Made by a program: the position numbers and the translations under genes. Source: a virus. Taken from it: DNA of 34,652 bases. The stretch lies in IMG/VR virus record IMGVR_UViG_3300025858_000008. The stretch is one strand, 5' to 3'. Below the pieces are notes generated by a model that saw only the letters and a program-made list of their open reading frames with translations, was not told where the DNA came from and did no database searches. This document shows, piece by piece, positions 25,228 to 33,533 of the stretch. Numbering within the stretch: position 1 is the stretch's first letter; the number at the start of each line of letters is the position of its first letter.

Positions 25228-25792
25228 CTACCCGGATAACTACATAAAGTTTCCTGCCTTCACGGAAGCCATTGAATCCGCACTTGCAAGCGGTGAGGAG
25301 ATTCGTTTCTTTTTTACAGGCGCACCAGGAACGGGAAAGTCAATGCTGGCAAGGCTTGTGATGGATTCGCTCTTGCAAACTCATAAAGAAAAGCACGGCA
25401 CTAAGCCGGATTGTCTTATCGCTTCCGTTTCAGAGCTTTATCGCAGATATTTAGCACTAACCCAAAGCACCTATTCAGATAAGAACGATGCTCTGGATTC
25501 ACTTATGAAAACGCTTGCTATGCAATACGTTATCCTTGATGACTTAGGAAACGAGATCAATTCAGATGCGTCAAGCTCTTTCATTGCAGAGCTTTTCAGC
25601 TACCAATACGATAGACTAAAGGCATTAAACAGAAAGCCAATCAATACCATCATAACTTCGAATTTCGGAAGCAAAGATTTGTCTCGTTTATATGGGCTTC
25701 GCATCATTGACCGGATATATGAGACTTACACTGTATTCCAGTTTAACAATGAATCATTCAGAAAGAAGATGATTAAGGTCATTGCTAATTGA
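25220..25792 (+). CDS. DnaC/IstB-like AAA+ ATPase (helicase loader)
   Basis: Walker A GAPGTGKS and Walker B ILDDLG. GGAGG SD. Confidence 0.7.
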   Translation: MISYPDNYIKFPAFTEAIESALASGEEIRFFFTGAPGTGKSMLARLVMDSLLQTHKEKHGTKPDCLIASVSELYRRYLALTQSTYSDKNDALDSLMKTLAMQYVILDDLGNEINSDASSSFIAELFSYQYDRLKALNRKPINTIITSNFGSKDLSRLYGLRIIDRIYETYTVFQFNNESFRKKMIKVIAN

Positions 25793-25802
25793 GAGGGAAA
25801 GA

Positions 25803-26081
25803 ATGAACTTTGCAGAGAATTACGTCAAGATGCCAGACGGCACTTTTACACCCACACTCGGCTATTTCGGCTCAGTCCACGCAGTTATTTACAAAGGCGT
25901 GTGTTATTGCTCAGAACTGCCAAGCGAGGCTTTCATAAGCTATGTGAAGCACTGGGCGGAAACGCACCGGATAGCTAAGATTGTAACAGCCGATCAGAAC
26001 GTCATTGCTAATTTGCAGTGGGTGGAAAAGCCGGAACTGCTGGAGAGCCAGATGGAGATTTTTGGAGCGCAGAATGATTAA
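25803..26081 (+). CDS. Hypothetical protein
   Basis: ATG 25803 has a GAGAGGGAAAG SD region; the track start at 25782 is TTG. Confidence 0.45.
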   Translation: MNFAENYVKMPDGTFTPTLGYFGSVHAVIYKGVCYCSELPSEAFISYVKHWAETHRIAKIVTADQNVIANLQWVEKPELLESQMEIFGAQND

Positions 26082-26274
26082 AGATAGCTACGGCAATTAT
26101 CACAGAACTAAAACACCAAGAGAATGCACTATTGACCAGCTTTGGGGATTTCTAAATAACTATAAATTTGACTATGTTTGCTCGCAACTGCGCAGGGCGG
26201 TTTTAGTCGAACTAATCAACCGGATAATCAAATCTAAGCACAATGGGGATAATTATGAAACCACTGTTACATAA
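26074..26274 (+). CDS. Hypothetical protein
   Basis: ATG 26074 has a GGAG SD and overlaps the upstream stop. Confidence 0.45.
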   Translation: MIKDSYGNYHRTKTPRECTIDQLWGFLNNYKFDYVCSQLRRAVLVELINRIIKSKHNGDNYETTVT

Positions 26275-26686
26275 TGCAGAAACCGGGTGGGTGGCAGTTC
26301 TTGCTGATGGTAAGGAACATGAAATTGAAGTTACTGACGAATATGGTATTGAAATCAATGGCACTACTTATACAGAATATGGGAATGTAGCATATAAATG
26401 GCTATACAAGCCAATCGAAAGAGCCTTACTAAAGGTTGTCAGAGCATATAATCCCAAAGACACAATCCAAATACTACCACCGCCATTAAAGCAGCACTGC
26501 ATGAATAAAAAGCTCTCGGATTGCAGTTTTGAGGAGTTATGCTGCTTTTGGCATATATTCAATGTTGATGGGCTTATTGATAAAGCAGATGATTTATTCG
26601 CTTATATTAAAAGCAATTACCAAGAGGAAATTGATAATATCAAAAAGCAGATAGCTATTGAGGTGCAGAATGAAACAACCCATTGA
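26255..26686 (+). CDS. Hypothetical protein
   Basis: In-frame ATG 26255 with a GGGGA SD. Confidence 0.45.
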   Translation: MKPLLHNAETGWVAVLADGKEHEIEVTDEYGIEINGTTYTEYGNVAYKWLYKPIERALLKVVRAYNPKDTIQILPPPLKQHCMNKKLSDCSFEELCCFWHIFNVDGLIDKADDLFAYIKSNYQEEIDNIKKQIAIEVQNETTH

Positions 26687-26819
26687 GGTCATTATTGACG
26701 GCAAATTGATTGAAAAGGTGCGCCCCAAAATACGCAAACAACATAGTAGAGTTTCCCAAAAAGCGGGTGCGAGAGCTTTACTCAAAAGAAAAGCCGGACT
26801 GGTTGTTTGGCAGTTTTGA
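26670..26819 (+). CDS. Small basic hypothetical protein (49 aa), absent from the ORF track
   Basis: Hand translation gives MKQPIEVIIDGKLIEKVRPKIRKQHSRV... It fills an otherwise empty gap. Confidence 0.3.
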   Translation: MKQPIEVIIDGKLIEKVRPKIRKQHSRVSQKAGARALLKRKAGLVVWQF

Positions 26820-26838
26820 AGATTACAAGAGCAAGAAA

Positions 26839-26900
26839 CTTTCAAAAAAATGAAAAAAGTACTTGACAATAAATCCAGCTCTGGTTTCATGGGATCAGAG
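26839..26900 (+). promoter_or_regulatory. Candidate promoter P1: A-tract UP-like element plus CTTGACA (-35 hexamer at 26862..26867)
   Basis: tttcaaaaaaatgaaaaaagtaCTTGACAataaa is nearly identical to the element at 28838. Confidence 0.5.
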
Positions 26901-26920
26901 ACTAACTAAAGGAGACTAAC

Positions 26921-28048
26921 ATGAGTAACCAATTACAACAGGCAAAAGGGACTTCGGGAGCTACCTTGAAATCCCTAATCCAAGCCCAAGCACCAGCCTT
27001 TAAGATGGCTTTAGGCAAGCCGGAGTTGGCAGATGCCTTTGTGCGTTCTGCTATAACCCTCGTCAACATGAATCACAAATTGGCAGAGTGCCAACCCATG
27101 AGCTTCTTAGGTGCGCTTATGCAAGCTGCACAGCTAAAGCTGGATTTATCCCTCGGCCAAGCATGGATAATCCCTTATTACAGCTCCAAGAATGGCGGAC
27201 TGATGGCACAATTCCAGATAGGCTATCAAGGCATGATTGATCTATTCTATCGCCACCAGTTGGCATCAGAACTGTATGCTGAGATTGTTTATGCCAATGA
27301 CAAGTTCGAATACTCGCTTGGCACATCCCGGAACATTATCCACCAGCCCACCCTGGGAGATCGGGGCGAAATGGTAGCAGTGTATGCCATTGCCAGGCTG
27401 AGTTCTGGTGCTTCAAATATCGTTGTAATGTCCACAGCGGAACTGGTAAGGTATAAGCTTCATTATTGCAAGCCTGACCAGCAAGGCAGGTATGGGGTAT
27501 GGGACACTGACTTTGAGGCTATGGCGAAAAAGACCGCTATCAAGCAAGTCTTGAAATACATGCCAAAAGCTGTTGAGATTCAAAGGGCATTAGTAAATGA
27601 TGGTGCTGTTGTCCAGGTTTCCAGCGTTGCGAATCTTGACCTTGACCGTGCCACCATCACGCAGCTAACTGATGAATCCGATACTCCCATGATCGAATCA
27701 AAAGAACCGGCAAAGCAAAGCAATTTTGGGTTGGGTGCACCTCCAGAACCCCCGGAAAAAAAGGAATCACCTATCGAGGAGATCATCCAAGAGCCGGACC
27801 AGGAATTAGACAATGGGCAAACTCTTGAAACTAATATCGGTGAACTCAAAGAAGAAATCAACGAATCAATCGCCATCTGCAAGGCACAGCAGATTCCCGG
27901 ATATTCTGATGAATCGGAAATCAACAAGGTTGTCGTAAAGCACCTGGGCGCAAGTTCGCTAATTCAAAGCACCAATGCCAAGAAGCTAACCGCCCTCTAT
28001 GCTGAACTCCAGAAAGCCATCAATAAACTTGTGGCTGTGGAGGGATAA
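26921..28048 (+). CDS. recT: RecT-family single-strand annealing recombinase with a long acidic C-terminal extension
   Basis: Typical RecT core (AQLKLDLSLGQAWIIPY...QIGYQGMIDL...AIKQVLKY). AAGGAG SD. Confidence 0.8.
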   Translation: MSNQLQQAKGTSGATLKSLIQAQAPAFKMALGKPELADAFVRSAITLVNMNHKLAECQPMSFLGALMQAAQLKLDLSLGQAWIIPYYSSKNGGLMAQFQIGYQGMIDLFYRHQLASELYAEIVYANDKFEYSLGTSRNIIHQPTLGDRGEMVAVYAIARLSSGASNIVVMSTAELVRYKLHYCKPDQQGRYGVWDTDFEAMAKKTAIKQVLKYMPKAVEIQRALVNDGAVVQVSSVANLDLDRATITQLTDESDTPMIESKEPAKQSNFGLGAPPEPPEKKESPIEEIIQEPDQELDNGQTLETNIGELKEEINESIAICKAQQIPGYSDESEINKVVVKHLGASSLIQSTNAKKLTALYAELQKAINKLVAVEG

Positions 28049-28584
28049 TGTATAATGACTGGCTTGATGATGCAGATTTACAGGCATTAGACAGCGGGGA
28101 TATTCAGGACAATCTCCCTGCTGATGTTCTCCACAAGTGGGCTTTGAAAGCAGCTGATAGCTTTGATTCTCTGGACGTGGTGATTGCCGGGCTGGAATCC
28201 AAGATTGCAGAGTTTCAAGAATATCTGAAAGCCGTAAAAGATCGCAAGGAAAAGCGCAAGCAATACCTTATCCGCTACTTGCTTCAGCTCCCGGACCATG
28301 AATTGGTTGCCGGGGTTGACAAATATAAGGCCATAGAAAGCACCGCCACTAAATGCGAAGTTAAGGACAAAGCCTTAGTGCCAAATAATTACTGCAAATA
28401 TACCATAACCACAGACTATGCTGGACTTAAAAGCATACCTGATGATGTGTTTGTATTCGGGACTGTAAAGATCGAGCCGGACATATCCAAAATTAAAGCA
28501 GATTCACAAAAGGGTGTCGAGATAGCAGGAACTGAGATTGTGCCAATTTCGGCATCATTAAGAAAGAATAATAAGGGAGTGTGA
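28048..28584 (+). CDS. Siphovirus Gp157-like protein (RecT-associated)
   Basis: Coiled-coil N-terminus, then ...KIEPDISKIKADSQKGVEIAGTEIVPISASLR, which resembles the Gp157 family. Adjacent to recT with an ATG/TAA overlap. Confidence 0.55.
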   Translation: MYNDWLDDADLQALDSGDIQDNLPADVLHKWALKAADSFDSLDVVIAGLESKIAEFQEYLKAVKDRKEKRKQYLIRYLLQLPDHELVAGVDKYKAIESTATKCEVKDKALVPNNYCKYTITTDYAGLKSIPDDVFVFGTVKIEPDISKIKADSQKGVEIAGTEIVPISASLRKNNKGV

Positions 28585-28585
28585 T

Positions 28586-28795
28586 ATGAGAATCACCCAA
28601 TCACAGCATAACCAGATCAAGGCAGCCATTGCCATGAAGGGATTAACGATCACTAAATTTGCGAGGCAAAACAAACTGGATGAAGTCCGCTTTGTCCGCT
28701 GGTTGCACGGGACTGGCTACACCAGAACCAAGCATGGCGAGCAGTTCCGCTTTGTGGTCAAGCAGCACCTTGGGATTGAATTGACCGAGGGCTAA
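28586..28795 (+). CDS. Small putative DNA-binding protein
   Basis: GGGAG SD. KGLTITKFARQNKLDEVRFVRW is HTH-like. Confidence 0.4.
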   Translation: MRITQSQHNQIKAAIAMKGLTITKFARQNKLDEVRFVRWLHGTGYTRTKHGEQFRFVVKQHLGIELTEG

Positions 28796-28837
28796 ATGCT
28801 GATGCAATCAAGCCCCGTGGCTCTGTTAGAAATTATT

Positions 28838-28900
28838 TTCAGAAATATGAAAAAAAGACTTGACAGAATAGCGGGGCTGATTATCTTAGACTTCATAGAG
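28838..28900 (+). promoter_or_regulatory. Candidate promoter P2: A-tract plus CTTGACA (-35 hexamer at 28861..28866), possible -10 TATCTT
   Basis: tttcagaaatatgaaaaaaagaCTTGACAgaata. A 5-prime UTR hairpin ggcagc...gctgcc follows. Confidence 0.5.
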
Positions 28901-28952
28901 TGTAAGGCAGCCCAGAGCAAAATAAAACGCTGCCACCTATAAAGGAGATACC

Positions 28953-29294
28953 ATGAACGCAGTCAAGGGGACTAAATTTACCGCAACGATGCCGTTATTC
29001 GATAGCAGTTATGCTAAGCCAAGATTTATCGGCAATGCCACTATTTCTGGGATCATCACCAGAGACACCTGCTACGACGTAAATAACAAACATTGGGTCT
29101 GGTTCACATGTACAGCCAGCGATAATGCTAAATATGTTGTTGGTAAAGAATATAAGAAGCAGGGCAAGAACTTTTATGATCAGGTTGTGTCATATGAAGA
29201 ACCTGCTAATTATGCGGAAGTGGCCGCAGCAAAAGATGCTTACAAGGCTGCGTACTGTGTTGGCAATAAGGCGTTAAATTACAGGGGGATATAA
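28953..29294 (+). CDS. Hypothetical protein, first gene of the P2 unit
   Basis: AAGGAG SD. Confidence 0.5.
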   Translation: MNAVKGTKFTATMPLFDSSYAKPRFIGNATISGIITRDTCYDVNNKHWVWFTCTASDNAKYVVGKEYKKQGKNFYDQVVSYEEPANYAEVAAAKDAYKAAYCVGNKALNYRGI

Positions 29295-29587
29295 TGATCA
29301 GCAGAGATATCCACTACTACTGCCAGGACTGTCAAACGAGCTTTGACAACCCCGTGGAGCTACAGGATTACGACGACAGCTTGGTTGACAAATGGACGCC
29401 CAACGAGGACAGGGAAATGCTTGTTTGCCCGTCCTGTGGCTCTGATGAGTTCGAGGAAGTTACCCGCCGCTGCGAGGATTGTGCAAGGTGGCTGCCCAAA
29501 GAAATGCTGAAAATGGTAGAGGATTGCACAGATGCCTATATCTGTGTTGATTGTCTGGCTGCCATGAAACAGGCACGGGAGGAATAA
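29294..29587 (+). CDS. Double zinc-ribbon protein
   Basis: CQDC...CPSCG and CEDC...CVDC. Confidence 0.5.
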   Translation: MISRDIHYYCQDCQTSFDNPVELQDYDDSLVDKWTPNEDREMLVCPSCGSDEFEEVTRRCEDCARWLPKEMLKMVEDCTDAYICVDCLAAMKQAREE

Positions 29588-29761
29588 ATGAAGCACGTTC
29601 TTAACGCCATAGCATGGTCAGTATATCTGCTGGCTATCGTGTTTGCCTATGCGCTTTTAATGTACTCTAAGGATGCCATAGCTGGCAGGTATGTTTACTG
29701 CTATGCTGCCCTGTGGCTTATGCAAGTTCATAACTTAACTATCCTGGAGGAAAAATGCTAA
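29588..29761 (+). CDS. Small two-helix membrane protein (57 aa), absent from the ORF track
   Basis: MKHVLNAIAWSVYLLAIVFAYALLMY...YCYAALWLMQV. It fills the gap exactly. Confidence 0.45.
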   Translation: MKHVLNAIAWSVYLLAIVFAYALLMYSKDAIAGRYVYCYAALWLMQVHNLTILEEKC

Positions 29762-30084
29762 TTGCCCTTGCTATTATCACCCTGGTTTTGGGGATCGTTA
29801 TTGTTATCCTGGTGTGCATGGATCGCAAGGATTGTAAATCCCACACAGCCGAAATAACCGACATGTACGTCAGGATGCACAATGCAAACGCTGTTGCCAA
29901 TAAGCTCTCATCCATCAACCAATCCTGGCATCAGATGATGATGCGGAATGGGAATGTCCGATGCAACCGCTGCGGTAAGTTCGTGCGCTATGCAGATGCC
30001 TATATTGACACCGGATCAGACTGCTGCCTGTGCCAAGCCTGTGCTGCGAAATCCCTAAGCAAAAAGGATGTGTGCCATGTGTGA
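29755..30084 (+). CDS. N-terminal TM protein with a C-terminal zinc ribbon
   Basis: LIALAIITLVLGIVIVILV, then CNRCG...CCLCQAC. GGAGG SD. Confidence 0.5.
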   Translation: MLIALAIITLVLGIVIVILVCMDRKDCKSHTAEITDMYVRMHNANAVANKLSSINQSWHQMMMRNGNVRCNRCGKFVRYADAYIDTGSDCCLCQACAAKSLSKKDVCHV

Positions 30085-30376
30085 ATATGAAGAATTGGAA
30101 CGCATGCGGGAGATATTCTTATCTGCTGTCCGCAAGCTGGCAATCATCGCCATGCCGTTCATGGTGGAGATCGAAATGGACACATTACAAGGATTGCCAT
30201 TAGAGAGCATAAGGAACGCCGTTCCTGAAGGTTATGACGGCTGCCTGATGATCAACATCAAGAGCCTGAACAAATGTGATATTTATGCCGTAGGTCAAAC
30301 CGTTGCGCTTGCTGAGAGCGTCCAGATCAGTGATGCGGAGTTTATCAATCTGCTGGACAAAGGTAGTATAGCATGA
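30077..30376 (+). CDS. Hypothetical protein
   Basis: ATG 30077 has AAGGA 8 nt upstream. An alternative start exists at 30068. Confidence 0.45.
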   Translation: MCEYEELERMREIFLSAVRKLAIIAMPFMVEIEMDTLQGLPLESIRNAVPEGYDGCLMINIKSLNKCDIYAVGQTVALAESVQISDAEFINLLDKGSIA

Positions 30377-30579
30377 AACCTGCTTCCCGCAACCCGCATA
30401 TCTGCATCAATCGCCACGAAGTCAGGACGCTATTGGAAAAGCATGGCATTGATAAGCAAATAATGCCATTCGTAGATGCGCTGCTGGCTTCTGGCCGGGC
30501 AGACAAGAATACAATCAAGCTTCTGGAAAAAGACAACCAGCAGCTTATGGAACAGATAAATAAAGGAGATACAAAATGA
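30373..30579 (+). CDS. Hypothetical protein
   Basis: ATGA overlaps at both ends. Confidence 0.45.
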   Translation: MKPASRNPHICINRHEVRTLLEKHGIDKQIMPFVDALLASGRADKNTIKLLEKDNQQLMEQINKGDTK

Positions 30580-31907
30580 TACAATTCAAAGAAATCAACG
30601 GCCAGCTCTGCATCATGCTGGAGAAGCCGATACCGCTCACTACCGATGCCAAGTTCCCCTGCGTGGTGAGGCTGATTCAAGATGATTCACCGATGGGGAG
30701 GCTAAACAGGCGCCATCGTGACACTAACATTAAACAAGACATCAAATACATTTGCGTATCGGTAAAGAATTATGTCATGCAAACCGAAACAGACAGCATT
30801 ATGGCAATCGAAGCTTACGAACTCATCGGCTACCCCGTGGCGGATGGCAGTGCAGAGTGGGCGTATTACATTTGGAAACAGAAGAATAATGTAATAAATG
30901 GCTACAATATATTCCCAAGCAATTATAGTCTGCCAGATGAAGAAGTATACGAACAGATGAAATATATAGCTGCAACCGGATGGCAGCTATACGAGCCGAA
31001 GGCAGAACCCTGCCCCGCTTGCAACGGCACGGGCGTTGTGCAGCACGACCACCCAAATGGTGCAACACAAACAGATTTGCCTGTATCTGATGCAACACAA
31101 AAGCCCTTGCTTTCAGCCGCTAAGGTAGGGGATTTGTGCCAACGCAGCAATGGCAGATATACGCAATTCCACAGTAAGCACAAACTTAACGATGGAACAA
31201 TAGCGTATTATTTTGATGATGTTTCCGGCAGTACAAATATTGACGGAGACCACTGCTCTCATGAGTGTGGCAACAACATAGTTAGTTGCGAACCTCTCGC
31301 CCCTATTGGCAGCGCGGAGTGGGCGTTACAAATGATGAAGTTGGGGAAAGATGTTTGTCGCAAAGGACATGAAACCGCCTACTATCACATTTGCAATGAT
31401 GGAAAAGAGATAGCCTGCTCACTCAAAAATGAAAGAAGGCTTACTTGTGGACACCTTCTTGTTAGCAAATGGGGAGAAACTGGTAATGATTGGCAGCTAT
31501 ACGAGCCGAAGCCTGATCATTGCACAAAGCAAATCAACCCTATCACTGAATCAGGAATGGCTCTATCGACGCTAATCAATGGGCTATCTGAAATCAAGAA
31601 GTCATTCGGAGATTCCAATATCCATTTTATAGACAGCATCCCAAACGACGACAATAGCGTAACCCCAACTACTTCTAAAAATGGTGAGTTTGGTGTTATT
31701 GTTCATATTAACAAATCCCCCTCCGATGTAGTAGTGGATTTTGGCAGCTTCAGGGGCACGATTGAGCTAAACTCTCATCCGTTTGAGAACCAAATCACGG
31801 TAAAGAATACACAGGGCGATGCAATAGCATACATAAACATAGTGTACCTCGACACACCCACGCGTAAGCTTGTGCAGGAACTGCTAAAGGCGCAGGAGGA
31901 ATCATGA
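30576..31907 (+). CDS. Large early hypothetical protein with an internal repeat; the modules resemble DUF2829
   Basis: AAGGAG SD. The exact 21-nt repeat tggcagctatacgagccgaag occurs at 30981 and 31491, encoding WQLYEPK. The second module reads SAEWALQMMKLGKDVCRKG...NDWQLYEP. Confidence 0.6.
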   Translation: MIQFKEINGQLCIMLEKPIPLTTDAKFPCVVRLIQDDSPMGRLNRRHRDTNIKQDIKYICVSVKNYVMQTETDSIMAIEAYELIGYPVADGSAEWAYYIWKQKNNVINGYNIFPSNYSLPDEEVYEQMKYIAATGWQLYEPKAEPCPACNGTGVVQHDHPNGATQTDLPVSDATQKPLLSAAKVGDLCQRSNGRYTQFHSKHKLNDGTIAYYFDDVSGSTNIDGDHCSHECGNNIVSCEPLAPIGSAEWALQMMKLGKDVCRKGHETAYYHICNDGKEIACSLKNERRLTCGHLLVSKWGETGNDWQLYEPKPDHCTKQINPITESGMALSTLINGLSEIKKSFGDSNIHFIDSIPNDDNSVTPTTSKNGEFGVIVHINKSPSDVVVDFGSFRGTIELNSHPFENQITVKNTQGDAIAYINIVYLDTPTRKLVQELLKAQEES

Positions 31908-32404
31908 TACATAGAATAGCAATCTATCGCACTGAGAACGGCCAACGTGTGTTCGACCACTACGCTACTCCAGAGGAAATGAAGTATTTGCGTGTCAATG
32001 CAAAGGGGAAGGTTGAGAAGCTGATAGAAGAACACGACCCTTATCCTCCAATGAGACCCGTATTGTTTCCCACTAAATGTTGGGGTAGTGGTTTCAATTC
32101 GGTGAATTGGCTCAACGTCTCCTCCACGCACGAGGTCGAGTGGGGATTTGTGTGGCGCGATGGTAAAGTCTTTTATGAAAATGATATTATCGCAAGAAAC
32201 TACGGAAACCCAAAGCCAATAGTTAGAGTGGTAAAACGCCAAGACGACCCACGCTTTGCATTGTTTGTGGCAAGATATATTTCTGGAGAGACTAATTCAA
32301 CGCATGACATTAACATGCACGAACTAAATGTATATTTTAATGTCATCGGCAACATCCACGAGAACCCCGAACTTATAGCCGAACTTGGAGGAAAAGATGA
32401 GTGA
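31904..32404 (+). CDS. YopX-like protein
   Basis: The C-terminal VIGNIHENPELI is the hallmark ending of the YopX family. Confidence 0.6.
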   Translation: MIHRIAIYRTENGQRVFDHYATPEEMKYLRVNAKGKVEKLIEEHDPYPPMRPVLFPTKCWGSGFNSVNWLNVSSTHEVEWGFVWRDGKVFYENDIIARNYGNPKPIVRVVKRQDDPRFALFVARYISGETNSTHDINMHELNVYFNVIGNIHENPELIAELGGKDE

Positions 32405-32864
32405 GCAAAAAGAACTCCGACCCTGTCCGTTCTGTGGTGGTGCAGTTTCAAGGTGTGATGAAAGCCCACTATATGGCGGGTCTATCATGCACGATGAAAC
32501 TGAATGCCTTTTCAAAAACAATCTCTTGTTTCATGGAAACATTGCAGAACGCTGGAATAGCAGACCCCTTGAGGACGCCCTCCGCACCCGCATAGCTGAG
32601 CTGGAGAAGTCTGCTATTGTGTGGCATCGCTATCCAGATGAGAAGCCTGAGAGACCAATAGGAACGCTGGTAAACAGGCTCGTTGATTGGTTTACCATGT
32701 TGATATTATATAAAGACAAAAATGGTAATCGTTTTGTTGGCAGAGATACATATCATTGGTGGGAAGATGATGAGCCTGCTTTTGAATCGGAAATGGATGA
32801 AAGCATAACAGTAATCGGGTTTGCTTACCTGCCATCCCCGCCAGAGGAGGTGTCGAATGACTAA
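32397..32864 (+). CDS. Lar-like zinc ribbon fused to a DUF551-like domain
   Basis: N-terminus LRPCPFCGG (Lar restriction-alleviation family signature). C-terminus IVWHRYPDEKPE...YLPSPP is DUF551-like. GGAGGA SD before ATG 32397. Confidence 0.55.
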   Translation: MSEQKELRPCPFCGGAVSRCDESPLYGGSIMHDETECLFKNNLLFHGNIAERWNSRPLEDALRTRIAELEKSAIVWHRYPDEKPERPIGTLVNRLVDWFTMLILYKDKNGNRFVGRDTYHWWEDDEPAFESEMDESITVIGFAYLPSPPEEVSND

Positions 32865-33321
32865 GCAGGAATACGAAGCCGCTATTCAATCGCTTGACAT
32901 GGATCTATATGCTTCTTGGCTTCCAGATGAAGGAGAAAAGATAGCAGGGAAAAGACACGAACTTAAGGAGCAATACATCTCCAGCCTCGAAGCCGAGAAC
33001 GCTGCGCTAACGCTATTGCATACCCAAGCCACGGATGAGATGCTAAAGATGCAGAATCGGGTGCATGAACTCGAAGCCGAGAACTCCGCCCTCAAGGCCA
33101 GCTCCATTGTCTGGCACAAGTATTCGGATGAGAAGCCTGATTTTGATAATGACAATGCTTTTTATCCCTTGCTTGCATATATTTGCAATGGAAAACAAAG
33201 AGCCGTGGAAATGGTTTTATATCATAATGGAACATGGTATAGGGCTGATATGGGATGGTATCAAGATGATCAAATTCTTTATTGGTCTGAAATGCCCGCA
33301 CCGCCAAAGGGGGAGAAATGA
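32857..33321 (+). CDS. Coiled-coil plus DUF551-like protein, paralog of the preceding gene's C-terminus
   Basis: IVWHKYSDEKPD...YWSEMPAPP. Shares ggatgagaagcctga with the upstream gene. GGAGG SD. Confidence 0.55.
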   Translation: MTKQEYEAAIQSLDMDLYASWLPDEGEKIAGKRHELKEQYISSLEAENAALTLLHTQATDEMLKMQNRVHELEAENSALKASSIVWHKYSDEKPDFDNDNAFYPLLAYICNGKQRAVEMVLYHNGTWYRADMGWYQDDQILYWSEMPAPPKGEK

Positions 33322-33533
33322 ATTCAGTGAAACTTACCAAAGCCGGCCCCGAACGGTGCATCTACTGCGGAAGGTTCATTGCCTGGGATAACCTGGGCAA
33401 AACCGCTAAAAAGGTGAATGACACCTATATGGCTGAATGGGCACATATTGAGTGTCTGGCCAAAAGTGTACAAAAAGCGATTGAACATATAAAAACAAAT
33501 CAAGAAAAGAAGAAACATGATGGACTTTATTAA
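33318..33533 (+). CDS. Small hypothetical protein (Cys/His pairs)
   Basis: ATGA overlap. Contains CIYCG...HIEC. Confidence 0.45.
   Translation: MNSVKLTKAGPERCIYCGRFIAWDNLGKTAKKVNDTYMAEWAHIECLAKSVQKAIEHIKTNQEKKKHDGLY

Noticed and set aside
28813-28878. Complementary 7-mers agccccg (about 28813) and cggggct (about 28872) flank promoter P2, and a small hairpin agcc-ccgt-ggct follows the stop of 28586..28795.
   Set aside because: The stems are short (4-7 bp) and the pairing partners are far apart. Neither is followed by a convincing U-run, which is insufficient to call a terminator or riboswitch-like element.
26849-28949. The conserved ATGAAAAAA..CTTGACA blocks could be read as starts of leader peptides (MKKVLDNKSSSGFMGSETN at 26849..26908; MKKRLDRIAGLIILDF... 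at 28848..28940), each ending in a TAA that abuts the next SD.
   Set aside because: Neither ATG has a Shine-Dalgarno sequence. The conservation extends upstream of the ATG and stops after TTGACA. The peptides share nothing beyond the first six codons. A DNA-level promoter element explains the pattern better. This is kept as the alternative hypothesis in the promoter finding.
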